Positions 44,220 to 53,397 of a stretch of 64,000 nucleotides of DNA are shown piece by piece (the first letter of the stretch is position 1; each line of letters begins with the position of its first letter). Origin of the DNA: an uncultured delta proteobacterium (lineage in GTDB: Bacteria > Desulfobacterota > WTBG01 > CAIYCZ01 > CAIRTM01); assembly GCA_963804955.1 (NCBI GenBank), contig CAWDSQ010000007.1, positions 224,001 through 288,000 of the forward strand, given 5' to 3'. Below the pieces are notes generated by a model. It had not been told where the DNA came from. It was given only the letters and a program-made list of their open reading frames with translations, and made no database searches. Both the position numbers and the translations under genes were made by a program.

Positions 44220-45197
44220 ATGCCACGAGGAGATCAGCTGGCGCGTCAGTGGAAAATTATTCAGACCATAGTCTCGTCAAAAAAAGGCAAAACGGCAACC
44301 GAGCTGGCAACCGAACTCGAAGCAAACCCGCGAACCGTCTACCGCGACCTTCAGGCATTGCAGACAGCGGGGTTTCCGATATACACGGAAAGAGTGGGCG
44401 ATAAAAATTGCTGGACACTGCTTGATGCCATTAAAAACCAGATCCCGGTCCCGTTCGCATTTACCGAGCTCATGGCTCTGTATTTTTCAACCGATATGCT
44501 CAAAGCCCTTCACAATACAATTTTTTATGAAAACCTGGACTCACTGGCTAAAAAAATAAAAACCATCCTGCCTCCCGAGTCGCACAGATTCCTTGAAAAC
44601 GCGCGCAAGACTTTTTCTGTTCAGAAGAAGCACTATAAGGACTACGGCGGCTTCAAAGAGATAATCAACAAGGCTTCAGATGCCGCGCTGAAGCAGAAAT
44701 GCGTCACACTTGTCTACTGCTCCATGCCGGAGAAAAAAGAGACCCGGCGCACCGTAGATCCCTACCGCATCTGGTTTTTCAATGAGACCTTTTACCTGAT
44801 CGGCTACTGCCACCTGCGCAAGGAGCTCCGCTCTTTTGTGCTCGACCGGGTCAAATCCCTCACCGTTACTGATGAGGAGTTTGTCATCCCTGAAGATTTT
44901 GATTTTGATGCCCTGATGAAGGGCAGCTTCGGCGTTATCACCGGCCCGACTGAATCCGTGCGGATACAATTTGAGAAAGAAGTGGCCGGCTATATTGAAG
45001 AAAAGGTGTGGCACAGCAGCCAGCGCATTAACCGGGCCTCTGACGGGGCAATTATCTTTGAGGCCGACGTTGCAATAAATGAAGAATTTAAAAACTGGAT
45101 TTTAAACTGGGGATCAAACGCGATGGTTCTGGCGCCCGCATCGCTTGTTGCGGAGATTCAGGCAGAGATCGCCAAAATGGCTAACAGGTATAGCTGA
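44220..45197 (+). CDS. HTH-WYL-WCX transcriptional regulator
   Basis: RTVYRDL HTH; VDPYRIW..FYLIGYCHLRKELRSFVLDRV; WILNWG...VLAP. Confidence 0.93.
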   Translation: MPRGDQLARQWKIIQTIVSSKKGKTATELATELEANPRTVYRDLQALQTAGFPIYTERVGDKNCWTLLDAIKNQIPVPFAFTELMALYFSTDMLKALHNTIFYENLDSLAKKIKTILPPESHRFLENARKTFSVQKKHYKDYGGFKEIINKASDAALKQKCVTLVYCSMPEKKETRRTVDPYRIWFFNETFYLIGYCHLRKELRSFVLDRVKSLTVTDEEFVIPEDFDFDALMKGSFGVITGPTESVRIQFEKEVAGYIEEKVWHSSQRINRASDGAIIFEADVAINEEFKNWILNWGSNAMVLAPASLVAEIQAEIAKMANRYS

Positions 45198-45364
45198 TTT
45201 ATGGATGGATGCCCCCAGGATATTTCCTGCAGCACAGATAATTCAACTAATTCAACAACGCCCTTTATGCTCCCAATATGAAGCTAATAAAGAGGGGGAT
45301 GCAGGTAACCCCTATTCCAAGTGGCCACGACTAGGGGGTTTTGGGTGGCCGCCGGGGTTTATTT

Positions 45365-45775
45365 TTAAATAATACTTAAAATCGGCTCAAGACGCGGGTC
45401 AATGGCTTTCAAAAGTTTGGAAAATTTATCCAGGGATGGCTTTACTTTACCCTGTTCATATCTGCTGTAGGCAGCCGGTGAATTTGAACCAAGATTTTTC
45501 GCAACATCACGTACGCTCAAGTGAAGGCTGCTGCGTTGCTGTTTGAGCGCCAGGGCCATAAGCAGGGTGTCATTGCTGGAGCCCACCATGAAAGTATCTG
45601 CCGCCCCCTCTGTAACGGAAACAGTAAAGCCTTTTTCATCAATGATTGATTCAATGGCATCCTTTGCCATAAAATAAGCATCTTTTCGGCTCTTTCCCTG
45701 AGTATAAATCTTCAGCAAGGGTATTTCTACTGCCCACCATTTACCTGACCGGACAAGTTTGCCTTCTATTTTCAT
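45365..45775 (-). CDS. hicB: HicB-like antitoxin with C-terminal HTH
   Basis: WAVEIP...TQGKSRKDAYFMAKDAI; YSRYEQG. Confidence 0.8.
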   Translation of the reverse strand: MKIEGKLVRSGKWWAVEIPLLKIYTQGKSRKDAYFMAKDAIESIIDEKGFTVSVTEGAADTFMVGSSNDTLLMALALKQQRSSLHLSVRDVAKNLGSNSPAAYSRYEQGKVKPSLDKFSKLLKAIDPRLEPILSII

Positions 45776-45972
45776 GTGCTCTCCTTTCTCTTGTTACCCG
45801 GATTGGCCAGCGCTGTTTTTACGATGGCCTCAGCGGTATATTCATTAATCTCTGTGTGCCGGGGCACCGGAATTTTCTGCTCTCCGTTTGTCCATTTCTC
45901 ATGGCTGCCGCCCTCGCCGTATTTCCACCAGCCAAGTTCTTGCAACCGCTTGATGAGAACTTTCTTTTTCAT
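45772..45972 (-). CDS. hicA: HicA family toxin
   Basis: GW....GGSHEKW, VPRHTEI. Confidence 0.88.
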   Translation of the reverse strand: MKKKVLIKRLQELGWWKYGEGGSHEKWTNGEQKIPVPRHTEINEYTAEAIVKTALANPGNKRKEST

Positions 45973-46135
45973 ATTTTATATTGTATACATATTTATATAC
46001 ATTGCAAGTGTAAATAAACCGCTTCATTTTATTAGTGGCTGTTGTCCCGGATAAATTCCGTGAAGTGTCTGTCAAACAGGGGTAAGTTCAGCTGTCCACG
46101 ATTATTGCCTGAAAAACAAAACACCCTTTAATCCA

Positions 46136-46371
46136 GGATACAGTTTAAGAAAGAAGTGGCCGGCTATATTGAAGAAAAGGTGTGGCACAGCAGCCAGCGC
46201 ATAACCCGGGCACCTGACGGGTCAATTATCTTTGAGGCCGACGTTGCAATAAATGAAGAATTTAAAAACTGGATTTTAAACTGGGGATCAAACGCGATGG
46301 TTCTTGCGCCCGCATCGCTTGTCTCGGAGATTCAGGCTGAGATCGCCAGAATGGCTGGAAGGTACAGCTGA
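46136..46371 (+). pseudogene. Second copy of the last 236 bp of the WYL gene
   Basis: Aligns without gaps to 44962-45197 with about 16 substitutions counted by eye. Confidence 0.9.
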
Positions 46372-46421
46372 GGAGATTTGCTAGAAAACGAAACGGACTG
46401 AGCGATTTCAATTTGCTACAA

Positions 46422-46525
46422 TATGAACGCCTCGCAGACCTACTCAAGCAATTCAACTAATTCAACAACGTTATGCTCCCTAAAAAATTTTCTTGAAAAG
46501 GATTAAATAGAACCGTCCCCTTTTA
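46422..46525 (+). repeat. ~103 bp direct repeat, copy B
   Basis: Near-identical to 41434-41536. Confidence 0.85.
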
Positions 46526-46612
46526 CTTAAAGGAACTATTGGCGACAAATCCTTCGGCTTCCTGAGCGGCATCAAGCATGTGTTGAAGTCTTATTCTGTC
46601 ATCAGGCCTCAT
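46523..46612 (-). pseudogene. Truncated HepT/DUF86 toxin (29 codons)
   Basis: [19 protein letters not shown] overlapping the MNT stop; ends at repeat copy B. Confidence 0.75.
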
Positions 46613-46907
46613 ACTGCACCTCGGCCGTACTCAGAATCTCTTTGCGAAAGTACCGGCTTAATTCCTGCGGGGTGCGAAGGTCGGCCTTGTTGCCGAGCAA
46701 ATCGCTGAGTTCATTTTCCATATGGCAAAGAGAAAAAAAACCCGGCAGCATTTCATCGTAAAATTCAACCAGCAGATCAATATCGCTGTCCGGCCTCATC
46801 GCCCCTTTCAGGGCAGAGCCGAAAAGAGATAACCTTTTAATGCCATTGCGCCGGCAGAATTCAATGAGCCGGTCACGCGAAATTCGCTGATCGATTATGT
46901 TCGACAT
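46602..46907 (-). CDS. MNT minimal nucleotidyltransferase antitoxin
   Basis: LFGS...[18 protein letters not shown]. Confidence 0.9.
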   Translation of the reverse strand: MSNIIDQRISRDRLIEFCRRNGIKRLSLFGSALKGAMRPDSDIDLLVEFYDEMLPGFFSLCHMENELSDLLGNKADLRTPQELSRYFRKEILSTAEVQYEA

Positions 46908-47060
46908 ACATGCCTCGCCATTAATTTAGAGGGGTCCGGGTATCCACCCCTGGCTAATCAGGGACTCCCTGTTTGCTGTTTATAGACCTCTGCTTTTATT
47001 TCACCGCAAAAATTCCGTTGTTGACACAGTGCACAAACTCCCCCTTTTTGCATGTGTATT

Positions 47061-48014
47061 TTACCCCAACTCCTTATATTCTGTCAGCCTTTTAAATCGC
47101 CACTCCAGCCCGTCCATGCGGGGATAATATTTTTTATCCCTCGGCAGGATGATGGGCTTTTTATCCAGATCGAGCAATTCCTGGTAATCGCGGTTGCGTT
47201 TGTCGAGAAGCTTTGAAACATGCCACTTCAAATCCGGGCCGGGGGAAAGGATGTTTTTGTCCAGCGCCCAGTGAAAGCTGGGGGCAAGGGCAATGCCGTT
47301 GCAGGGATCATTGTCGCGTGATTCGGAGAAGGGGATAATATGCGCGGCTTCAACCATGACCGACCCATCGGGCAGGATCACCCGCCAGCCCGAGGCGGCG
47401 CAGCGGTAGTCATATGCTTCGCGCACCACGCGTGAAAACGCCGCATCGCGGACTTTGTCGTTGTAGGTGCTGCAACATTCAGCCACTTTTTCAGGTTCCT
47501 TCAGGCAGTTTTCATATACTGCTATCTGCTGCTCTTCGGCTACAACGGTGCGGATCTGTTCGCGGCTTGCCGGGAACCACCGGTCTATGAGAGTTTGTCG
47601 CAAAATATCGCGATCCGGGGCAGAGGAGATCAGGCTGAACAGATCATCATCAAGGAATGCATATTCAAAATTTTCCGTTATCTGCGATGGGCCGCGCACG
47701 GTTGACAGCGCTGCGACTACAGCCTCGCGGCCGGGAATCGGCTTGAGATGCCAGAAGGATTCCCCTTTGTATAGATGAAAAAATGGAAAATACGGATTGC
47801 AGGCATCGCCTGGCTGCTGCACTGTCTGGAAAAATGATTTAAAAATATCAAGAAGGTTTTGGTTATAGAGGATTTTATTTTCTTTGAGAAACCCTGCCTC
47901 GGCCAGGGCCAGTACGGCCAGCAGCATGACCGGCTTGTGGGGGCTGACATGCTCCCCTGAACGGTTTACATGCAGCTTCGAGAAGGCGTGTATGTAGTAT
48001 TCAAGATCAGGCAT
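47061..48014 (-). CDS. HNH endonuclease with N-terminal SBD-like domain (modification-dependent restriction candidate)
   Basis: SPHKPVMLL, PYFPFFHL..W; RDAAF, EAAHIIP, NGIAL...H. Confidence 0.8.
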   Translation of the reverse strand: MPDLEYYIHAFSKLHVNRSGEHVSPHKPVMLLAVLALAEAGFLKENKILYNQNLLDIFKSFFQTVQQPGDACNPYFPFFHLYKGESFWHLKPIPGREAVVAALSTVRGPSQITENFEYAFLDDDLFSLISSAPDRDILRQTLIDRWFPASREQIRTVVAEEQQIAVYENCLKEPEKVAECCSTYNDKVRDAAFSRVVREAYDYRCAASGWRVILPDGSVMVEAAHIIPFSESRDNDPCNGIALAPSFHWALDKNILSPGPDLKWHVSKLLDKRNRDYQELLDLDKKPIILPRDKKYYPRMDGLEWRFKRLTEYKELG

Positions 48015-48138
48015 GGCAGCTCATGTAATAATGAATATTATTGAACTGTTCTTGTGAAGCAGGAAGAGTATAAAATAGAATAAAAGGCTAAAGCAACTAC
48101 TCTTTTGTTATTTTTAAATAAATCAGTAAAATCTTTGC

Positions 48139-48298
48139 GAGCTGTGAGTTGGGAGTCGTGAGTTGGGAGTTGTGAGTTCGGAGTTCGGAGCGCAGGGGCA
48201 CGGTGCACGTGCCGTAAAGTTCGGAGTTGGGAGTTGGGAGCGTAGGGGCACGGTGCGCGTGCCGTAAAGTTGGGAGTCGTGAGTTCGGAGTTCGGAGT
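48139..48298. repeat. Degenerate GAGTTSG heptamer array with two REP-like hairpins
   Basis: GAGTTGG/GAGTCGT/GAGTTCG units; GYAGGGGCACGGTGCRCGTGCCGTA twice. Confidence 0.75.
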
Positions 48299-48348
48299 AA
48301 AAATTCAGCAGCCGGGAGTCAGAAAAAACAGCCACCTCTCCCCCATCA

Positions 48349-48489
48349 GAGACTGTGTCGCAATTAACTTTGCTGTCATCTCGACCGAAGGGAGAGATCT
48401 TTGTAGTAAGTAAAATCAAGGGCTTAAGATTTCTCACCGCCTGCGGCGGATTCGAAATGACATTAATAAATCAATTGTGACACAGCCTC
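48349..48489. mobile_element. MITE copy 3, TSD TCA
   Basis: GAGACTGTGTCGCAATT...AATTGTGACACAGCCTC flanked by TCA/TCA; interior nearly identical to copy 2. Confidence 0.85.
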
Positions 48490-48629
48490 TCAGTGGCGTA
48501 GGGGGAGAAAACCGGCAAGTTGGAAATTGCTGCACTACGGAGGCAGAAGATTGCTCATTATGGCGGGGACGAATCCCGACTGCAATCGGGACGACCTTCG
48601 GCCTCAGGTTCTGCTCTTACCCTTAACTA

Positions 48630-48662
48630 AAAAAAGCACTTAACCGATGAGGCTAAGTGCTT
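48630..48662 (-). terminator. Terminator of the tRNA operon
   Basis: AAAAAAGCACTTA...TAAGTGCTT. Confidence 0.65.
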
Positions 48663-48670
48663 GAAAAATG

Positions 48671-48747
48671 TGGCGGGGACGACGGGACTCGAACCCGCGA
48701 CCTTCGGCGTGACAGGCCGACGTACTAACCAACTGTACTACGCCCCC
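48671..48747 (-). tRNA. tRNA-Asp(GTC)
   Basis: Cloverleaf GGGGGCG...CGTCCCC-G-CCA, GTTCGA T-loop, anticodon GTC. Confidence 0.95.
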
Positions 48748-48774
48748 GCGTATCATATGCTGTTGTCAAATTTA

Positions 48775-48847
48775 TGGGCGATACTGGGTTCGAACCAGTG
48801 ACCCTCGGCTTGTAAGGCCGATGCTCTCCCAGTTGAGCTAATCGCCC
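48775..48847 (-). tRNA. tRNA-Val(TAC)
   Basis: GGGCGAT...ATCGCCC-A, anticodon TAC, CCA not encoded. Confidence 0.95.
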
Positions 48848-48925
48848 TAAAAGAGATAACTTATCTCAAATAATTTCAAAAGTCAAACAAGAAAACAAAA
48901 AAAGCACAGCGCCCTGCCCCGTCTT

Positions 48926-51369
48926 TTACTGCTGCACCGGCGGGAGGATAACTTTCTGCGGCGCCTTTTCCGCAAAAAACTGCTTTTCATCGACCGCCTG
49001 CCCGGCAAAGGCCTCGGCTGAGGCCGGCACCAGGGCAAGGCGGATGACCTCATCCATATGATCGACCATGACGATTTTCAGGTCTTTGAGAATCTTCTCC
49101 GGGATATCCTTCAGGTCTTTTTCATTTTCCCGGGGAATAAGCACCGTGGAGATAAGGCCGCGGTTGGCGGCAAAAATTTTCTCTTTCAAGCCGCCGATCG
49201 GGAGCACCCGGCCGCGCAGCGTAATCTCGCCGGTCATGGCAATGTCCTTTTTGACCTCCACGCGGGTCAGGGCCGATATGATGGCGGTTGTGATGGCAAT
49301 GCCGGCCGACGGCCCGTCCTTGGGTATGGCCCCCTCGGGCACATGTATATGCAGGTCGATGAGCTGATAAAAATCCTTTTCAAGGCCGAGCAGCTGCGCC
49401 CGCGAGCGCACATAGCTCATGGCCGCCTGTGCCGACTCCTTCATCACATCTCCCAGCTTGCCCGTGATGATCAGATCGCCCTTGCCGGGCATGACCGCCA
49501 CCTCTATGAACAGCAGCTCGCCGCCGACTTCGGTCCAGGCAAGGCCCGTCGAGATGCCCACCTTGTTCTTTTCTTCAGCAGTGCCGTAGCGGAACCGGGG
49601 AACGCCCAGATACTTCTCCACCGAGGTCTTATCAACTTTCACCTTCCGCTCTCCGGCCTCCTGCGCGCCCTGGCGGACAAGATCGGTTGCCACCTTGCGG
49701 CATATGGATGCCAGTTCCCGCTCAAGGTTGCGCACGCCCGCCTCCCGGGTATAGCGCCGGATGATATGCAGAACCGAATTATCGGAAAAGTCAAGCTGCT
49801 CGGCCTTCAGGCCGTTGGCCTCAAGCTGCTTGGGAACAAGGTACTGCTTGGCAATCGCGAGCTTCTCGCTTTCCATATAGCCGGCAATGCGGATGATCTC
49901 CATGCGGTCCTGCAGCGCCGGGGGTATGCCCTGCAGCGTATTGGCCGTTGTTATGAACATGACCCCGGAAAGATCATAGTCCATATCGATATAGTGATCA
50001 TTGAAGGTGTCGTTCTGCTCGGGGTCCAGCACCTCCAGCAGCGCCGACGACGGGTCGCCGCGGAAGTCGGTGCTCATCTTATCGACCTCATCCAGCAGAA
50101 ACACCGGGTTATCAGTGCCTGCTTTCTTGAGCGACTGCAGAATCTTGCCCGGCAGCGCCCCGATATAGGTGCGGCGATGCCCCCTGATTTCGGCCTCGTC
50201 GCGCACGCCCCCGAGGGACAGGCGCACAAACCGCCGGCCGGTCGCCCGGGCTATGGATTTCCCAAGCGATGTTTTCCCCACGCCCGGCGGCCCCACAAAG
50301 CAGAGTATGGGCCCTTTGAGCTTCTGCACCAGGCTTTCTACGGCCAGGTATTCCAGTATCCGCTCTTTGGGCTCTTTCAGGCCGTAGTGATCGTCGTTTA
50401 ATATCTTTTCGGCAGGGCCTATGTCCATCTTCACCTCGGACTTTTCGCCCCAGGGCAGCGACAGAATCCACTCGATATAGTTGCGCACCACATTCAATCT
50501 CAGCAGACATGGGCGGCATCATCTTCAGCTTTTTGATCTCCTTTTCGACCCGGGTGCGGGCCTCCTCGGAAAGCTGCTTTTTGCTCTGCAGCTTCTCTTC
50601 CAGCTCATCAATTTCCGCCTGCCGGTCATCGGTATCGCCTATTTCCTTCTGAATGGCGCGCATCTGCTCGTTCAGGTAATAGTCCTTCTGGGTTTTCTCC
50701 ATCTGCCGCTTGACGCGGGTCTTGATGCGCTGCTCGGTGCGAATGAGCTCCATGGCGCTTTCCATGATGGCATATACCCGCTCAAGCCGCTCGCACACAT
50801 CGGTCAGCTCAAGAATCTGCTGTTTATCGGAAAGGCTTATGTTGAGCTGCGGCGCGATAAGATCGGCAAGCCGGGAGGGGTCATCAACGGTTGCAGCTGT
50901 TGCCACCAGATCAGAGGGTATGCGCTTGGTGAATTTGGCGAAATTATCAAGAGACTCGAGAATCATGGCATTGAGCGCCTTGACCTCGTTTGCGTCCCGG
51001 CAGGTGTCATCAATTTCTTCGACAAGGGCTGAAAACGATTCATCCTCCACCAGAAATCTGGTGATGCGGCCGCGTTTTTTGCCCTCAACAAGCACCTTTA
51101 TGCTGCCGTCGGGCAGCTTGAGCATCTGAAGAATCGTGGCCAGCACGCCGACCGTATAGACGGTGTCCTGGCTGGGGCTGTCGATGGAGGCATCTTTCTG
51201 CGTCACCAGAAAAATGGTCTTGCCCTGCTCAAGGGCTTTTTCAACAGCGGTGATGGAGCGCTCCCGCCCGACAAACAGCGGCGACACCATATGGGGAAAA
51301 ACAACGATGTCCCGCAGGGGCATCATCATGTAGACAACCGCATGTTCCTTGTTGTGATTTAAAAATCAT
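48926..51369 (-). CDS. lon: Lon protease (frameshifts near 51335 and 50495)
   Basis: [38 protein letters not shown]. Confidence 0.95.
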
Positions 51370-51457
51370 GGCCGGACCTTTCAAAAAAAAACTGAGGGCA
51401 GGGAGCCCGTCTGCCGGCAGTCCACAGCCCTCAGCATCCATGCTCCATCGAAAAAAG

Positions 51458-52718
51458 CTACGCTGATTCCTTCTGCTTGCTGTACACCAGCAGAGGCTTT
51501 GTCCCCTTGGTCACCACATCCTCACTGATGAGGCATTCCTCGACATCGGTGCGAGGAGGGCAGATCATACATCACGTCGAGCATGATTTCCTCCAGAATG
51601 GCGCGCAGCCCGCGCGCTCCCGACTTGCGCCGCATGGCAAGGTCGGCAATGGCCCCGAGCACCTCGCCGGTAAAACGCAGGGTGACGTTTTCAAGCTCGA
51701 AGAGCTTTTCATACTGCTTGGTAATGGCATTGCGCGGGCGGGTGAGAATTTCAATAAGCGCTGCCCGGTCCAGATCGTCAAGCGTTGCCAGCACCGGGAG
51801 CCTGCCCACAAATTCCGGTATGAGGCCGTATTTAATGAGATCTTCGGGCTGCACTTCAGAAAGGACCTCGCCGATAGTGCGCTTTATATTCTTTTTCATC
51901 TCGGCGCCGAAGCCGATGGTCTTTTTGCCCGTGCGCTGCTGAATCACCGACTCAAGGCCGTTGAAAGCGCCGCCGCAGATAAATAAAATATTGGAGGTGT
52001 CAACCTGCAGAAAATCCTGCTGCGGGTGCTTGCGGCCGCCCTTGGGAGGCACATTGGCAACGGTGCCCTCGATGATTTTCAGCAGCGCCTGCTGCACGCC
52101 TTCGCCCGACACATCGCGCGTGATGGACGGCGTGTCGGACTTGCGGGATATCTTGTCGATTTCATCGATATAGACGATGCCGCGCGAGGCCTTTTCGATA
52201 TTATAGTCGGCAGCCTGCAGAAGGCTCAGTATGATATTCTCCACGTCCTCGCCCACATAGCCCGCCTCGGTCAGCGACGTGGCATCGGCTATGGTAAAGG
52301 GCACATGCAGCATGCGCGCAAGGGTCTGGGCAAGCAGCGTCTTGCCCGTGCCCGTGGAGCCGATCAGCAGAATATTGCTCTTCTGCAGCTCGACGTCATC
52401 CTTGCCCTTGCGATAGTCGATCCGGCGGTAGTGATTGTACACGGCAACGGAGAGGATCTTTTTGGCCTTGTCCTGCCCGATGACATACTGGTCCAGAAAC
52501 TTCTTGATCTCATAGGGCTTGGGCACCGCTGTCTGGCGCGCCGAAAGCGACTCGCGCTCCTGCTCTTCGGCTATGATGTCATTGCACAGCTCGATGCACT
52601 CGTCGCAGATATACACCGACGGCCCTGCGACCAGCTTTTTGACCTCTTCCTGGCTCTTGCCGCAAAATGAACAGAACAGATGGCTGCCTTTGCCTCCCAG
52701 CGTTTTCTTCGTGGCCAT
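51458..52718 (-). CDS. clpX: ATP-dependent Clp protease ATP-binding subunit ClpX (frameshift near 51555)
   Basis: CSFCGK zinc finger, [11 protein letters not shown] loop, GARGLR. Confidence 0.96.
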
Positions 52719-52733
52719 GATCTACCTCAACCC

Positions 52734-53354
52734 TCAGGTGGTGGTTATTTCCCGTTTTTCTATGACCTTATCAACTATACCATATTCGCGCGCCTGCTCG
52801 CCGCTCAGAAAATAGTCGCGGTCGGTATCCTGATGGATTTTCTCCATGGTCTGGCCCGTATGGCGCACAAGAATCTCCTCAAGCTCCTGGCGCGTGCGGA
52901 TGATTTCGCGGGCATGAATGTCGATGTCCGTTGCCTGCCCCTGATAGCCGCCCATGGGCTGGTGCAGCATGATCCGCGAGTGCGGCAGGGCGAAGCGCTT
53001 GCCCTGAGCCCCGGCAGTGAGCAGCACGGCGCCCATGCTTGCCGCCTGGCCGAAGCACAGCGTTGATATGGGCGACCGGAGGTACTGCATGGTGTCATAG
53101 ATTGCCATGCCCGAGGTCACCAAACCGCCCGGCGAATTGATATAGAGATGAATGTCCTTCTCCGGGTCCTCGGACTCCAGAAACAGCATCTGGGCAATGA
53201 TGATATTGGCCACATGATCATCAATGGCGCTGCCGAGGAAAATGATGCGGTCTTTCAGAAGCCGCGAGTAGATGTCATAGGACCGCTCGCCCCGGTTGGT
53301 CTGCTCGACCACGAACGGAATGAGCTGATTGGTCGTTTGCGGTACACCATTCAT
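52734..53354 (-). CDS. clpP: Clp protease proteolytic subunit
   Basis: [22 protein letters not shown]. Confidence 0.97.
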   Translation of the reverse strand: MNGVPQTTNQLIPFVVEQTNRGERSYDIYSRLLKDRIIFLGSAIDDHVANIIIAQMLFLESEDPEKDIHLYINSPGGLVTSGMAIYDTMQYLRSPISTLCFGQAASMGAVLLTAGAQGKRFALPHSRIMLHQPMGGYQGQATDIDIHAREIIRTRQELEEILVRHTGQTMEKIHQDTDRDYFLSGEQAREYGIVDKVIEKREITTT

Positions 53355-53397
53355 ATCATGTTCCCTGCTGTGCTGTAGTGTGCAAGATGGCCCCCCG

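Noticed and set aside
48139..48298. Possible CRISPR array
   Set aside because: Only two hairpin copies separated by low-complexity heptamers; no unique spacers and no cas genes
33600..48600. Classical integron or prophage
   Set aside because: No IntI, no clear RYYYAAC...GTTRRRY attC pairs, cargo on both strands, and no phage structural genes
48675..48681. Island CGTCCCC motifs as copies of the tRNA-Asp acceptor end
   Set aside because: The island motifs are in the opposite orientation to the tRNA and share only 7 bp
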